DNA of 63,855 bases, filler included, from Octopus bimaculoides (lineage: Eukaryota), in assembly GCF_001194135.2 (NCBI RefSeq). It is 6 parts of 6 records of this genome, joined end to end, with 100 filler letters (N's around TTAATTAATTAA, not from the genome) between each part and the next. Parts side by side here need not be neighbours in the genome. Positions count along the whole stretch, not along the records: positions 1 to 27,559 come from NC_068986.1; 5 more parts are not named here. One strand, written 5' to 3'. The notes under the pieces are model-generated. The model was not told where the DNA came from, did no database searches, and saw only the letters and a program-made list of their open reading frames with translations. Shown one piece after another: positions 1-13,931 of the stretch. The position numbers and the translations under genes were made by a program. Position 1 is the stretch's first letter, and each line of letters opens with the position of its first letter.

Positions 1-180
1 TAGGTATTTGTAGCTCTCCGCTGGTTCTAACTCTTTTATGACATTTTGCTGGTCAAGGTTCACATTAGATGTATTTGTCATTTTTCCTTTGATAAAGGTA
101 GCTTTTGCACATTTATCAAGGCCAAATTGCATCCTGATGTCATCACTGAATTGTTTAACAATCGCTAGTAGGCCTTTGAG
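1..180 (-). mobile_element. R4/Dong-clade non-LTR retrotransposon RT fragment
   Basis: Minus strand translates KGLLAIVKQFSDDIRMQFGLDKCAKATFIKGKMTNTSNVNLDQQNVIKELEPAESYKYL, matching the FSxDIxMxFGLDKC...YKYLG signature of R4/Dong RTs. Confidence 0.8.
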
Positions 181-187
181 TTGTTGG

Positions 188-188
<1 letters not shown>

Positions 189-261
<73 letters not shown>

Positions 262-263
262 TA
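189..263. repeat. (TTA)n microsatellite
   Basis: Direct reading; explains the poly-Leu ORF 38..280. Confidence 0.95.
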
Positions 264-264
264 A

Positions 265-520
265 GATGGTGAGCTGGTAGAACCGTCAGCACGCCGGGCA
301 AAATGCTTAGCAGCATTTCGTCCGTCTTTACATTCTGATTTCAAATTCTGGCATTTCGTCAGTCCATACGTTCTATGTTCAAATGTATCCGAAGTCGACT
401 TTACCTTTCATCCTTTCGGGTTCGATAAGATAAGTACCAGTTGAGTACCGGGCTCGATGTTCGACTAACCTCCTCCACCCAATAATTTCAGCTCTTGTGC
501 CTATAGTAGAAAGGATTAAT
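265..520 (+). mobile_element. SINE family B copy (head GAGCTGGCAGAA..GTTAGCACGCCGGGCGAAATGCTTAG; core GTCGACTTTGCCTTTCATCCTTTCGGGGTCGATAAA..AAGTACCAG)
   Basis: Same sequence recurs more than 12 times in the window; boundaries approximate. Confidence 0.85.
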
Positions 521-629
521 AAACAGATTTGATCTCACTTCCTAAAAGGATATTTAAAACCTTCAATTTGAAGGAGAGAAGCATTGTTGACTTTTCAGGC
601 ACCATTAAACTCGAAGACAAAATTATCTT

Positions 630-1010
630 TTCTCTTTAACTTGTTTCAGTCATTGGACTACGGCTATGAAGAGGCTGCCTTTAAGGGTTTGGGCGAAGAA
701 ATCGACTTCAGCATTTAATTTTAAAGCCTGGTACTTATTCTGTTTATTCTTTTGCTGAACCGCTATGTTACGGGAACGTAAACAGGTCAGCACCAATAGT
801 CATCAGTTGTCATGTTATGGGGGAGAGACAAGCACAAGTACACACACATGGTGGGTTTCCATATAGCTTCCATCTGCCAAATTCACCCGCAGGACACTGA
901 TTGACCTGGAACTATAATAAAAGGCACTTGCATAAGGTACCTTGCAGTGGGACTGAACCTGAAATCACAGGGTTGCAAAGCGAGTTTCTTAACCATATAT
1001 CCATGCCCAC
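630..1010 (-). mobile_element. SINE family A copy, diverged (tRNA-like head GGCTGTGTGGTAAGAAGCTTGCTTCCCAACCACATGGTTCCGGGTTCAGTCCCACTGCG)
   Basis: Reverse complement aligns by eye to the copies at 21688-22450 and 47055-47420. Confidence 0.75.
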
Positions 1011-2287
1011 AAACCGAGAAAATTTAGTGTATTTAACATTCACTTTGAAGCATTGAGATTATCAACGTAAGAGAAAATGGTATCGACAAGGTAACACCAA
1101 GGAGTTGCATGCATTTTCTTTTAGCGACCCACGAAGGATGAAAGGATTAAGTTGATGTATTTGGTGATATGAACTTAGAACTCTATGAAACGTAAGTAAA
1201 TATAACAAAGCAATTTGCTTGTTGATCTATTTTTGATTCTACGAATCTATTGCTCTTTAGTAGTTTGATAATATTAACTAAACGCAGATCCTAGAATCTG
1301 CATGTGGTTTTCTAATCAAGGGTGTTGTAAGGCTTTGCATAGGATTAGCAGTTGTTCAAGGTTGATTGTTTCCTTTGGCCCTTTGTAATACTTGGAATAA
1401 GTTTCGTTGGTGTGGTTTATACTGTCTCTTAGATAAAACAGTTAAAATTGTTCACCATCCTCTATTCACCTGGCAGTGAAATCAATAACACACATGCACT
1501 AAAAAGAGGAATAATGAGTGTTATAGCGTTAAACAACACGGATAACTGGGTATTTTGATACTGTATCGAAGTCTAAATTACATCATTCATTTCAATAATT
1601 CGTCTATCTAACTAGCTATCAATCTATCTATCTGTGTGGTCACTTAACTCATGCTGTTAATATAGCCAGTTTAAGGTTTATGTGTATGTCGCGTAATCTA
1701 TTCAATCAAACCAAATGAACTTCAAGCCATGGTCGGACATAAATCGTCTGGCTCACCTAACACTGTTGATTTTCTTCATAAAGTATGTAAATATCGGCGT
1801 TGTGAAGCTGGTGAAAATCCTTTCAAATATAGGTCAGTCATTCATTATAAATACCTCACACTACCCTGTAACAAAAAATAACAATAAATAAATTGAAAAA
1901 TAAAGACAGCAACAATAATATGTGAGGTGTGTATATGTATGAGTTGTTGACATTGGCGTTTGTTGTATAAAATGTATTCTTATTTTTGCGTGTATGTCAG
2001 ATAAAGTATTATCATGTAAATTCTGAACAGTCAACCAACATAGCTGTGTTTAACGAAATCATTTACTACGTAGATCAAGTGCTTTCATCTAACGCACAGA
2101 TGATAGTTCTCATTCAATGAAAAACAGTACTTTGAAATGTATATCACAAACAAACAAAAGCACATGTGCAAACGCACTAACTTTTACAGACGCGTACACA
2201 TACTAACATACACATCTATACATGCACATACACACATATTTCTAAGCTAGACAGAAGGCCAGATTTAATATATCTTGGAATATCAAC

Positions 2288-2570
2288 GATATGATTTTAC
2301 CTTACGGCAAATCCAAGAAAAGTTTATAGAACTACGCGTTCCACCTCTCATCGCATATATAAACTTTACGAAGACTTTCTACAGTGTGAGAAGTGAGGGC
2401 TTGCAGTCCCTGCTCAAAAGTTATCGGTGACCAGACAAAATTGTGGAGATTGTCGTGCAATTTCAAGACAGTATGTCTATCACGACCTTATTTGGGTACT
2501 ACAGACGGACCCTTTCCCAGTCGTTGGAGTAAAGCAAAGCAATGGCCTCAATCCAACGCTTTTTGTATTT
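2288..2570 (+). mobile_element. RTE/BovB-like LINE reverse transcriptase fragment (frameshifted)
   Basis: DMIF-LRQIQEKFIELRVPPLIAYINFTKTFYSV..GLQSLLKSY..PDKIVEIV..GVKQSNGLNPTLF matches RTE RT motifs (LRQxQEK, DFxKAFDSV, GVKQGCxLxPTLF). Confidence 0.75.
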
Positions 2571-3635
2571 TTAAGTATTTTTGTATGTGCATATATGTAT
2601 TTTTTACCTTCGGTGTTTATATAAGTATTTCTTTTATATGTTGAAGGCCATGATTTTATTTGTATATTATGAAATGTATAGAAGCGTGGGATTACNNNNN
2701 NNNNNNNNNNNNNNNNNNNNNNNNNNNNNNNNNNNNNNNNNNNNNNNNNNNNNNNNNNNNNNNNNNNNNNNNNNNNNNNNNNNNNNNNNNNNNNNNNNNN
2801 NNNNNNNNNNNNNNNNNNNNNNNNNNNNNNNNNNNNNNNNNNNNNNNNNNNNNNNNNNNNNNNNNNNNNNNNNNNNNNNNNNNNNNNNNNNNNNNNNNNN
2901 NNNNNNNNNNNNNNNNNNNNNNNNNNNNNNNNNNNNNNNNNNNNNNNNNNNNNNNNNNNNNNNNNNNNNNNNNNNNNNNNNNNNNNNNNNNNNNNNNNNN
3001 NNNNNNNNNNNNNNNNNNNNNNNNNNNNNNNNNNNNNNNNNNNNNNNNNNNNNNNNNNNNNNNNNNNNNNNNNNNNNNNNNNNNNNNNNNNNNNNNNNNN
3101 NNNNNNNNNNNNNNNNNNNNNNNNNNNNNNNNNNNNNNNNNNNNNNNNNNNNNNNNNNNNNNNNNNNNNNNNNNNNNNNNNNNNNNNNNNNNNNNNNNNN
3201 NNNNNNNNNNNNNNNNNNNNNNNNNNNNNNNNNNNNNNNNNNNNNNNNNNNNNNNNNNNNNNNNNNNNNNNNNNNNNNNNNNNNNNNNNNNNNNNNNNNN
3301 NNNNNNNNNNNNNNNNNNNNNNNNNNNNNNNNNNNNNNNNNNNNNNNNNNNNNNNNNNNNNNNNNNNNNNNNNNNNNNNNNNNNNNNNNNNNNNNNNNNN
3401 NNNNNNNNNNNNNNNNNNNNNNNNNNNNNNNNNNNNNNNNNNNNNNNNNNNNNNNNNNNNNNNNNNNNNNNNNNNNNNNNNNNNNNNNNNNNNNNNNNTC
3501 CCTTAAAAATTGTTTATTACATCGTCAACCGAAGCAAGGCCACCGGTGGTGATGCAAAAATATAAGTATGACGTAAAGACATGAAATTTGACAACACTTT
3601 TGTCCAGCGGTATTTTTTTCTTTTGAGTTTCTGAG

Positions 3636-3690
<55 letters not shown>

Positions 3691-3694
3691 AGAA

Positions 3695-3990
3695 TATGGC
3701 TGAATGGTTAAGAAGTTCGCTTTGCAACCACATGGTTTCGGATTCAATCCCATTACGCGGCATCTTGAGGAAAGTGTCTTCTAATATACCTTCGGGTCGA
3801 CACTGACCAATGCTCTGTAAATGAATTTGATAGACGGAAACGGTATGGAAGCCCGTGGCATATATGTGTGTGTGTGTTTGTGTGTCTTTGTGCGTATGTC
3901 TATTCCCACCACCGTTTGACAATCGGTGTTGGTTTGTTTATATCCCCGTAATCTAATAAGAGTACTGGCTCTTGCTTATAGATATCTGCT
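3695..3990 (+). mobile_element. SINE family A copy
   Basis: tRNA-like head TGGCTGAATGGTTAAGAAG..GGTTTCGGATTCAATCCC, internal (GT)n and family body. Confidence 0.8.
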
Positions 3991-5719
3991 TTACTTACAA
4001 CTTATTTGTTACTGCATGCCGATGTCAGTTAAACTGTTAATAATTCACAAGGCATACACAGAACATCAAGAATCCCAACAGTTACTGACTTCTATAAACA
4101 ATAGATTAGATTCATTGTTCCAAGGGTAATTTTGACTGATGAGACATACAATAAGGTCGAAACATTGCAGTGTCTTAGTCTTCTTCTATAAATAAATAGA
4201 GTGTGCTTTAAACAGATATCGTCTAAAATGAGTTGTTCTCCGACGTTGAAAGACAACAACGCTTAGTATGTTCATGTTCGAATCTGCCAGAACATATTGA
4301 GAATGAATTGGTACCTTATCTACGAATTCAAGGATGGAATTTCGAGGTTGTTTGAATTTACGATGGTCTCACTGTTCTTTTGAATGCAGACATTCAACAC
4401 AAATGAAACAATATGAAATGTAGCTGCAACAAGCATGATGAATTAGTTATTCCTCGACCAATACCACCCTGCTTTCCTTCGGACTACCACGCAGTCAAAC
4501 CAAACAGCCTTGCTGGTTCAATGCTGTACTTTCTTCGTCAGTTGGCAATATCACGACGGTGAGTGCGCACGCATTGCATTTGACTGTATCCCGATCACCG
4601 CGGCTGTAAGCTACATAAATACTACTGTAGAGCTCCTGTCGATAAATTCTGACTGCACCTGTTGTGTCTTCGTCAGAATTCGAGACGTTTTTTCTCATCC
4701 CGCTCCTCTGAACGATGTCATGAATAAGAATTTATTTTCGACGCTGCTGTTTCCCTGTCACAAGTGGAGTTTGTTTGTCTCTTACACGGCAACAAATGGA
4801 GTTTGGACGGGATTATTCATTTCCCGTTCGAGAGAGGCAAGTCACTTAAAGGGACGCTACGTATTGTGATATACTTCAGTGTCAAGTTAGTCAACTAAGC
4901 CATAAAAACCTGAATTGTCGCGCTACGAGTCATTGACCTTCGAATTTCCTTTTCACACCTGTCACTCTTAAGACTGCTCATGTCCTTGGTTCACTGATCT
5001 TCTTCCAATTAGGATGAAGGTCATGCCTGAAGAAAGAATCCGGTAAGGAAGCGTAGCTGATGCCGTGAATATCGCTTTTCTTTGTTGCTACGTTTTTCCT
5101 AAGCCATCTGCAGAATGCAGGTAGGATAAATAGTTATTCAACAACAAATGTAAAATTTGCTTTCTTGTTTCAATAAATGTGCTGTCATTTTGATATACGT
5201 CAACAAATGAAACAAATTATTTTGCTCACGTTAACTGTATGTATGTATGTGTGTGTGAGAGATTGTGCTTATGTGTTCGAGTATATGTGTACGTTTATAT
5301 ATTTTTGTTGATCAAAATTATTTTCTGATGACATCACACCCACAAAAGAGAAATATAAGAACTTATATAACGCGGTTGAGAGCAGTTTTAGAAAAATTGT
5401 CTCTATCACTTTCAGAATTTAGTTGAGCTACCGGAAAAGTTTCTACATTTTCCCTTGACGCGCCAGAAACAGCAGCCAGATTTCCTTCAAAATATACCTA
5501 CCTTCTTTAAAAGGCAAGGGACACAGGCTGTCAAAAGACATATTCGATCTACTAATCCTTTATCTTTTGAATTTAAAAGCTACGAAGGTGAACATTGCCT
5601 TTCATTCTTCCTAGGTCAATAAAATATATACAAGTAAAGTACTGGAGTCGATATAATCGACTATACCCCATTCATGCAAAATTTATAGTCTTCTGAATAT
5701 GTTAGATATATCGATTAGG

Positions 5720-6330
5720 AGTCATTTATTTTCTTGGTTCTTGACAATATCTGATCAAATAGTCTTGACCTCGCTGTCTGTGAGTTTTTAGCATACCCAG
5801 CGTGTGGCTACATAGTCAATGTCTATGACTTTCCTAGGATATGCCTTTACTATATCTTTTCTGTTAGTATTATATAGTGCTGTCACAACTTCCAGTGTAA
5901 GTAAAAACTCTGTCATATGTGTGAATATATTCTTTCGTGGATAAGGTTGGATAACCAGGGACTATGTGATTTATTGTTTTTTCCGCATCACCACATATTC
6001 TGCAGTTTTCTTATTGCATTCAGCTTCATTATATATTTTTGGTAGTTTATCTTGGAAAGGCTTTGGTCTTGTGCTTTGGTCAGTTTCCAGTTTCAGTCTT
6101 ACGCGTCTCAGCTATTTTAAAAACTTTTGGGCGTATTCCCATTCTGTTCAGCTTATTCCAGTATTTACAATGTAAGCGCTCTTCTTGTCATTATTTTCCT
6201 TTTGATATCGGATAAATTACAAATAATTGCCGAACGACAACCTATATTACAATACCTAGGACAGGTATTGTAATATAATGCTATTGCTCTGTGGAATTTA
6301 TTTTCGTAGCTCAAAAACAAGTTTTGAAAA
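5720..6330 (-). mobile_element. R4/Dong-clade LINE C-terminal remnant (CCHC zinc-knuckle region)
   Basis: Minus strand ENCRICGDAEKTINHIVPGYPTLSTKEYIHTYDRV resembles CRxCGxxxETIxHIVSGCPxLAxxEYxxRHDxV; multiple stops. Confidence 0.7.
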
Positions 6331-7023
6331 GATAGATTACAAGGACAAGAACATATGTTTCTAAGATAGAAACGCTCTTGATATATGTCTTTGCTTGATG
6401 TCTTGCATTTTGGATTTTATTTCACACAAAGACCTTTATTGGACATTTTGAAAACTCAGTTTCTTACTAGGATTAGATAACGAAGTCGATTCTTTGGAAA
6501 TGTCTTCATTTTATTCTGCTGTCAAATGCTAAGGTAGAAAATAGCTTCTCTTTTCTGATCCGGTTTTCAGCAAACAAGGCAAAACAAATAATAAAAAAGA
6601 AAAAAAATAATAGAAAAAAAATATTTATGAACACACAAAGGTAGCGGCTAAAAATGAAAAATATATGCATACATATATGACATATATATAACAAACATAA
6701 TAAACATGTTTAACTCAACAACAACAACAACAACAACAACAACAGCAACAAACGTGTATGCACGTACTATATTCAATGCTAACACACACACACACACACA
6801 CAAAAAAACGTGAATACCGAAAAGCTGTCCATTGCACACATTAAAAAAGAGAGTACTCTCCGGTGGCGGGAACGCAGTGCGCTCCTCGAGCATCCAATGT
6901 CGAAGCAGGCAGCCGGGCGAAGCAGTGGCAACACAAGCGAACTTAGAGACGTTGCTCAGAAGACCTCCAAATTCAGTATCCACGATAGACGACTCGGCTA
7001 CTCCACACGTAGAAGCCAATCCA

Positions 7024-7252
7024 GAGCTGGCAGAAATATTAGCACGCCGGGCGAAATGCTTAGTGGTATTTCGTCTGTCTTTACGTTCTGAGTTCAAATT
7101 CCGCCGATGTCGACTTTGCCTTTTATCCTTTCGGGGTTGATAAATTAAGTACCAGTTATGCACTGGGGTCGATGTAATCGACTTAATCCCTTTGTCTGTC
7201 CTTGTTTGTCCCCTCTATGTTTAACCCCTTGTGGGCAATAAAGAAATAAGAA
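7024..7252 (+). mobile_element. SINE family B, near full length
   Basis: Highly similar to the copy at 20066-20301, ends AAAGAAATAAGAA. Confidence 0.9.
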
Positions 7253-8418
7253 AGTATCACGAAGGATATTGGTCTAAAAGCGACACGTTATAATTCACAA
7301 TTCGTCATTGCCAGGAACCGACCGACAATGAAAACACAAAACTCTCTCTCTCTATCTCTCTCTCTCTTTCTCTCTCTCACTATTCAAGCTACAACCCGCG
7401 ACAAGGACACAGACGTAGAAACAACCAGAAGTGGTCGTAAATAAGCGAGAAGTATCTTTTCATAACAATACGACCTCATACTTTTATGAGGATGGGTAGG
7501 GTCCAGCTGGAGGGCTGATGGGGAGAACCAGATTTCTTAAGAAAAAACCCCACCGAATCGATAAAAGACCTCGATGAAAACCCCCCACCCAAAAAACAAA
7601 AAGATATGAAGTACATCACGTGCGAAGAGGAGACTATATACTGATGAATAGCTGATATCTTTATAAAGGAGAACGAATGTCACGTGAATGAAACCACCAG
7701 ACACCTCATCTGCTTGAAAGAAATAAAATGTGTGTGTGTGTGTGTGTNNNNNNNNNNNNNNNNNNNNNNNNNNNNNNNNNNNNNNNNNNNNNNNNNNNNN
7801 NNNNNNNNNNNNNNNNNNNNNNNNNNNNNNNNNNNNNNNNNNNNNNNNNNNNNNNNNNNNNNNNNNNNNNNNNNNNNNNNNNNNNNNNNNNNNNNNNNNN
7901 NNNNNNNNNNNNNNNNNNNNNNNNNNNNNNNNNNNNNNNNNNNNNNNNNNNNNNNNNNNNNNNNNNNNNNNNNNNNNNNNNNNNNNNNNNNNNNNNNNNN
8001 NNNNNNNNNNNNNNNNNNNNNNNNNNNNNNNNNNNNNNNNNNNNNNNNNNNNNNNNNNNNNNNNNNNNNNNNNNNNNNNNNNNNNNNNNNNNNNNNNNNN
8101 NNNNNNNNNNNNNNNNNNNNNNNNNNNNNNNNNNNNNNNNNNNNNNNNNNNNNNNNNNNNNNNNNNNNNNNNNNNNNNNNNNNNNNNNNNNNNNNNNNNN
8201 NNNNNNNNNNNNNNNNNNNNNNNNNNNNNNNNNNNNNNNNNNNNNNAAGTAGAGTAATTGATTGGAAGAATTAAAATATCTAATTCTACACAACTCCTTT
8301 ACGACTTCAGATCCGACCTGTGTTAACTTCGTTCAGCAATGAAGGATTTATAGGTAATTTTAAGCGTGTAGCGTCCGTGAACCGGTTTCGATTTCGAATA
8401 TTCTATTTATAACTTAGT

Positions 8419-8730
8419 GAAGGCGCGTGGCTTAGTGGTTAGGATATCCGGCTAACGATCGTTAGGTCGTGATTTCGATAGCTAGCAGCGCGTTGTGTCT
8501 TTCAGGAAGACACCTTATTTCACGTTGCTCCAATCAACTCAGCAGGCAAAAATGAGTAGGACCTGTATTTCAAAGGGGCCAGCCTTGTCACATTCTGTGT
8601 CATGCTGAATCTTTCTGAGAAATACGCTTAGGGTAACGCGTGTCTGCGGAGTACTCAGCCACTTGCACATTAATTTCAGAAGCAGGCTGTTCTGTTGATC
8701 GAATCAACTGGAGCACTTGTTACCGTAATG
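8419..8730 (+). mobile_element. SINE family C (tRNA-derived head GAAGGCGCGTGGCTTAGTGGTTAGG)
   Basis: Pol III A-box TGGCTTAGTGG; homologous inverted copy at 10074-10384. Confidence 0.8.
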
Positions 8731-9060
8731 ACCTTGGTAAAGCTATTATTCTTCATATTCTATATTCTATCACCTCTTCATATATGGTCTTGTACTAAAA
8801 TGAAATATTAACGCAATTGAAATTATAAACGTTAAAAGCATCTGCTGAATAGTCGTACAGCAAATGCAGCAACCGCAACTGTAACAGTCCACTGCGGTTA
8901 CTTTATTTTGTCCTCTGCGACATGTACGAGATGAGGTAAACATGTTTTCCGCACACAAAAAATGTAAAAATATAATTTCGCAGTAGATGCACGTCTATAT
9001 GAATAAACATGCATAAATGTGTATCTGCATATGTATATCTAAATATATATGTTGGTATGA

Positions 9061-9116
<56 letters not shown>

Positions 9117-10073
9117 NNNNNNNNNNNNNNNNNNNNNNNNNNNNNNNNNNNNNNNNNNNNNNNNNNNNNNNNNNNNNNNNNNNNNNNNNNNNNNNNNNNN
9201 NNNNNNNNNNNNNNNNNNNNNNNNNNNNNNNNNNNNNNNNNNNNNNNNNNNNNNNNNNNNNNNNNNNNNNNNNNNNNNNNNNNNNNNNNNNNNNNNNNNN
9301 NNNNNNNNNNNNNNNNNNNNNNNNNNNNNNNNNNNNNNNNNNNNNNNNNNNNNNNNNNNNNNNNNNNNNNNNNNNNNNNNNNNNNNNNNNNNNNNNNNNN
9401 NNNNNNNNNNNNNNNNNNNNNNNGTAGTGGCGGACAAAAAACAAGACAGGAAAACAAACAGAAAAGGCTTTACGGCCAGACGAGAAAAATTATGTGTGTA
9501 TGAACGCTGTGAGGCACGAACTTGAAAGTAGGGACGAGGTAGTTCGCGTGTTTGCTCGGCGATAGCCAAGGAAGAAAAGGATTATTGACCGGAAGCATGT
9601 GACCATGCCGGTGTAAGGGGAAGAGAGAGAGTGGTAGAGGGATAAATCGACTTCAGTTCTCTGTCGTAAGTAAACAAAAGAAAACAAAAGAAAACAAAAA
9701 GAAAGCAGCTGTGTATTATTCATTTATTCTTTTACTTGTTTCAGTCATTGGACTGCAGCCATACTGGGGAACCACCCTGACGGATTTCAATTGATCAAAT
9801 CGATTCAATAACTTAGTGTTTTTAAGTTTGGTACTAATTATCTCCCTCTATTTTGCCGAACCGCTGAGTTAGGATGGACATAAACAATCCAGCACCGGTT
9901 GTCAGGTACAAGCACACGCATGCACACGTTTATCTGGCAGGTTTCTATACAGATTTCGTCTACCAAATTCATTCAAAGGCGCTGGTTAGCCCGGGTTGTG
10001 TTTTTATTATTAGGTATTATTACGAATTGTATAAAAATATTGTTAAAATATTTTATGTATTGTCGAAGTATAC

Positions 10074-10384
10074 TGGCACTCCGTCGTTACGACGATGAGG
10101 GTTCCACTTGATCCGTTCAATGGAACAGCCTGCTCATGAAATTAACACGCATGTGGCTGACACTCCACAGACACGTGTACCCTTAACGTTGTTCTCAGGG
10201 AAATTCGGCGTGACACGGAGCGTGACCAGGCTGGCCCTCTGAAATACAAGTACTACTAATTTTACCAGCTGAGTGGACTGGAGCAACGTGAAATAAAGTG
10301 TCTTGCTTAAAGACACAACGCGTCGCTGGGAATCGAACTCACGACCTCGTGCCGAATAGCCTAACCACCAAGCCACGCACCTTC
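10074..10384 (-). mobile_element. SINE family C copy
   Basis: Reverse complement of 8419-8730; B-box GAGTTCGATTCC on minus strand. Confidence 0.85.
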
Positions 10385-10488
10385 ACATTGTAGAAGTATA
10401 ACCAATTTATTGCACATTAAGTTTAACAACAAAATCTTATATGGACCCCGCTAAGGGTCATGTGGACCCTGATTGGGAACCACGAGAT

Positions 10489-10826
10489 CAGGAATTCTCA
10501 GCCATTTTTTTTTTACCTATGGACCCCTTCGATTGCTATTTTATTCTGGTGGTCCCCCCTCCCCCTATAATAGCTATTTGATGCGTAAAAACTAGTTTTA
10601 TAGAAACTTTTTTTCAAAATTCCTATTCTGTTTTTGACGCATCCACTTCTGTAGGTTCAACCATGTAAAATGTTAGAGAAAGAAACCTGACTGTTTCTTG
10701 CAATATATACCAATATATACGTCTAAACAAAATGTTTTCAGAGTCCCTTAAAATACTATTGTGGATCCTCAGTTTACTATTTTGCTGCCCCTCAAGGGCC
10801 ATATGGTCCTCGGTTGAGAATCGCTG
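10489..10826. mobile_element. hAT-type MITE
   Basis: Termini CAGGAATTCTCAGCC / GGTTGAGAATCGCTG (imperfect TIR); flanks CACGAGAT / CACTAGAC (6/8, hAT-type 8-bp TSD). Confidence 0.6.
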
Positions 10827-11667
10827 CACTAGACTAAACCTTTGAAGGTCCCACATGGCCACATTACAATGGCTGAAAGAAATAGAAGGTAAAAAGTAAA
10901 AGAAAATTAAGTCGCGTGGTACGTGGTTTCGCTTCTTTACTCTAAACGCTATGGTGCGTCATTCCCTTTCATGCCTCGCAAGAGTGTCTGCGTGGCTAAA
11001 TATCATACTTCGCTTTTTATGTACTGGGGGCAGTTTACTGCCGTTGCCCTTACCCGCGTGAATCAATGACCTTGTACTTATTATTTTTAAATACTTAAGA
11101 AAATTTACGTATTTATTTAAAATTTACCAATTGAAATATTTTAAATACTAGGACACGTGTTCACGCAATCGAAGTAAATACGTTCGTAATAAGACATTAA
11201 GAAAAATCATCAGGTTACTGAAGGAAAAAAGAGAAGATAAAGCAAAAAGAGAATGTGATAAGGAAAGAGTAAAAGATAGGTAACAGCGCGAGAGTGAATT
11301 AAAAACGAAAATAGTTCAGGCTTTTATTTAATTTTATTTCTTTCATTTTTTTTTTCTTCCGCATTTTGGAAGTTTGAAATGCTAAGCCAGTAAAGAGAAC
11401 AAGTTAGCACTTGTAAACTTCCGGTTAGATCGAAACTGGGTAAGTAAAGAGACGCCATATGTTTAATAAAATACCAGCGATATGATCTGATATGAAATGA
11501 AATCATACAAATAACAAATTAATGGGAAGAAAGTAAAAGAGAAAGAAAGAAAGAAAGAAAGAAAGAAAAGAAATAGTTGAGAGCAAGGAAGAAAGTATAG
11601 ACAGAAGAAAGAAGAGAGAAAAGAGAAAAACTAAAATAGGGATATTTGAGCAGAGGAATTCACTATA

Positions 11668-11747
<80 letters not shown>

Positions 11748-12648
11748 GTATATATATGTATGTGTATATGTATATATACATACGGTGGCGTTGTAAGGCT
11801 TAGAGGTATGTAATTCTTTTTCAAACTTAAACAGCACTAAATATAGTGTGCACCTTGTATGTGTGCATGTGTGTGTATGTTCGTGCATGCGTGTGTGGCT
11901 CTTTTTTTTATTCGTATGTATATATATATATATATATATATTCGTGTATATATATATATATATATATATAGATATGCAGGGCAGGGAATCGTCAATTAGT
12001 AATAAAATTAATAATTAACAATTTTGCCGGGTAGCTCAGTATGAAAAANNNNNNNNNNNNNNNNNNNNNNNNNNNNNNNNNNNNNNNNNNNNNNNNNNNN
12101 NNNNNNNNNNNNNNNNNNNNNNNNNNNNNNNNNNNNNNNNNNNNNNNNNNNNNNNNNNNNNNNNNNNNNNNNNNNNNNNNNNNNNNNNNNNNNNNNNNNN
12201 NNNNNNNNNNNNNNNNNNNNNNNNNNNNNNNNNNNNNNNNNNNNNNNNNNNNNNNNNNNNNNNNNNNNNNNNNNNNNNNNNNNNNNNNNNNNNNNNNNNN
12301 NNNNNNNNNNNNNNNNNNNNNNNNNNNNNNNNNNNNNNNNNNNNNNNNNNNNNNNNNNNNNNNNNNNNNNNNNNNNNNNNNNNNNNNNNNNNNNNNNNNN
12401 NNNNNNNNNNNNNNNNNNNNNNNNNNNNNNNNNNNNNNNNNNNNNNNNNNNNNNNNNNNNNNNNNNNNNNNNNNNNNNNNNNNNNNNNNNNNNNNNNNNN
12501 NNNNNNNNNNNNNNNNNNNNNNNNNNNNNNNNNNNNNNNNNNNNNNNNNNNNNNNNNNNNNNNNNNNNNNNNNNNNNNNNNNNNNNNNNNNNNNNNNNNN
12601 NNNNNNNNNNNNNNNNNNNNNNNNNNNNNNNNNNNNNNNNNNNNNNNN

Positions 12649-12688
<40 letters not shown>

Positions 12689-12951
12689 TACTTGCATTTC
12701 CCCCTCTCATCTGTAAATGAATTTTAGGCATGTTGCGGACCGCCTCCAAGGTTTGAGTCTAGCTCCTAAGACTAATTAAAGTCGGTATTCTGGTACTAAA
12801 TTCTATCGGTGACAATTTGTAGAACCGCTATGTTTATAGTAAATACGGACCAACGACACCCACACATATGAGTGTATGTGTGTGTATAATATAATATATA
12901 TGTATTATGCACACACACATATACACAATATATGTAGACATACAAACATGC

Positions 12952-12988
<37 letters not shown>

Positions 12989-13105
12989 TTTCAGGCGATG
13001 CTCCAGCATGGCCGCAGTCAAATGACTGAAACAAGTAAAAGAATAAGAGAATATGTATGTATTATATACATACATAAATGCAATATATATATAAACTTAA
13101 ATACA

Positions 13106-13139
<34 letters not shown>

Positions 13140-13210
13140 ATCATATGTATACATACGTCAAAATGTCATATATATGCCCTGCATATATAAAGTATATATA
13201 TAATTCATAC

Positions 13211-13243
<33 letters not shown>

Positions 13244-13891
13244 CTATATAAACACACGAATACACGTACGTTGTATATGTATGTGTGTGTGAATCTGCGT
13301 GAGATTGTACAAGTGTTTGTCCAGGTATGTGTACTGAATGCGTCGTAGATATGTGTACTAGATATCTTTACATTTCACCACGTGATTCAATTGAGTCATT
13401 GCAACGTGTATGAGAAGATACTCCGTGTGTTTGATAGATAAAAGTTTTCATTGGCGATTTGTAAATAGCAGAAACAGATAAGACAGATAACATACAATCA
13501 CACATGCATCTACTTACATATATAAACATACATATATAATACATGCATAAACACAACTACTTACATGTACACATACACACACACATACACACAATACACG
13601 TACACTATCCTAATATACATACATAAATGCTTATATATGTGTGTGTGTGGGTGTATGTGTACATACATACAAAAACACTAGCGCGCACACACACATACAT
13701 ACATACATGCATAAGATAATTGTAACATACGTATACATGCAGAAATGTGTCTGCAACGATTTATGTCCGTGCTTTTATGCACCATGCATCTATATGAGAG
13801 GACTTCTTAAGGCGAATACATTCGGCATTCTAACAATACATTTACGTCAAGATGGATACAAATATTATATTCATACATAATCGCATATATA

Positions 13892-13931
<40 letters not shown>

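Noticed and set aside
4480-5130. CpG-richer unique region with ORFs 4510..4869 and 4495..4698 and possible splice sites
   Set aside because: No recognisable protein similarity and no coherent exon; may be UTR or regulatory, but unsupported
8419-8500. tRNA-like sequences with Pol III A/B boxes (here and at many SINE heads)
   Set aside because: No complete cloverleaf; each continues into a SINE body, so they are tRNA-derived SINE heads
9424-9671. Possible non-coding 5' exon ending in a GTAAGT donor at 9666
   Set aside because: Only a donor motif and mild CpG enrichment; no acceptor, TSS or link to a gene can be shown
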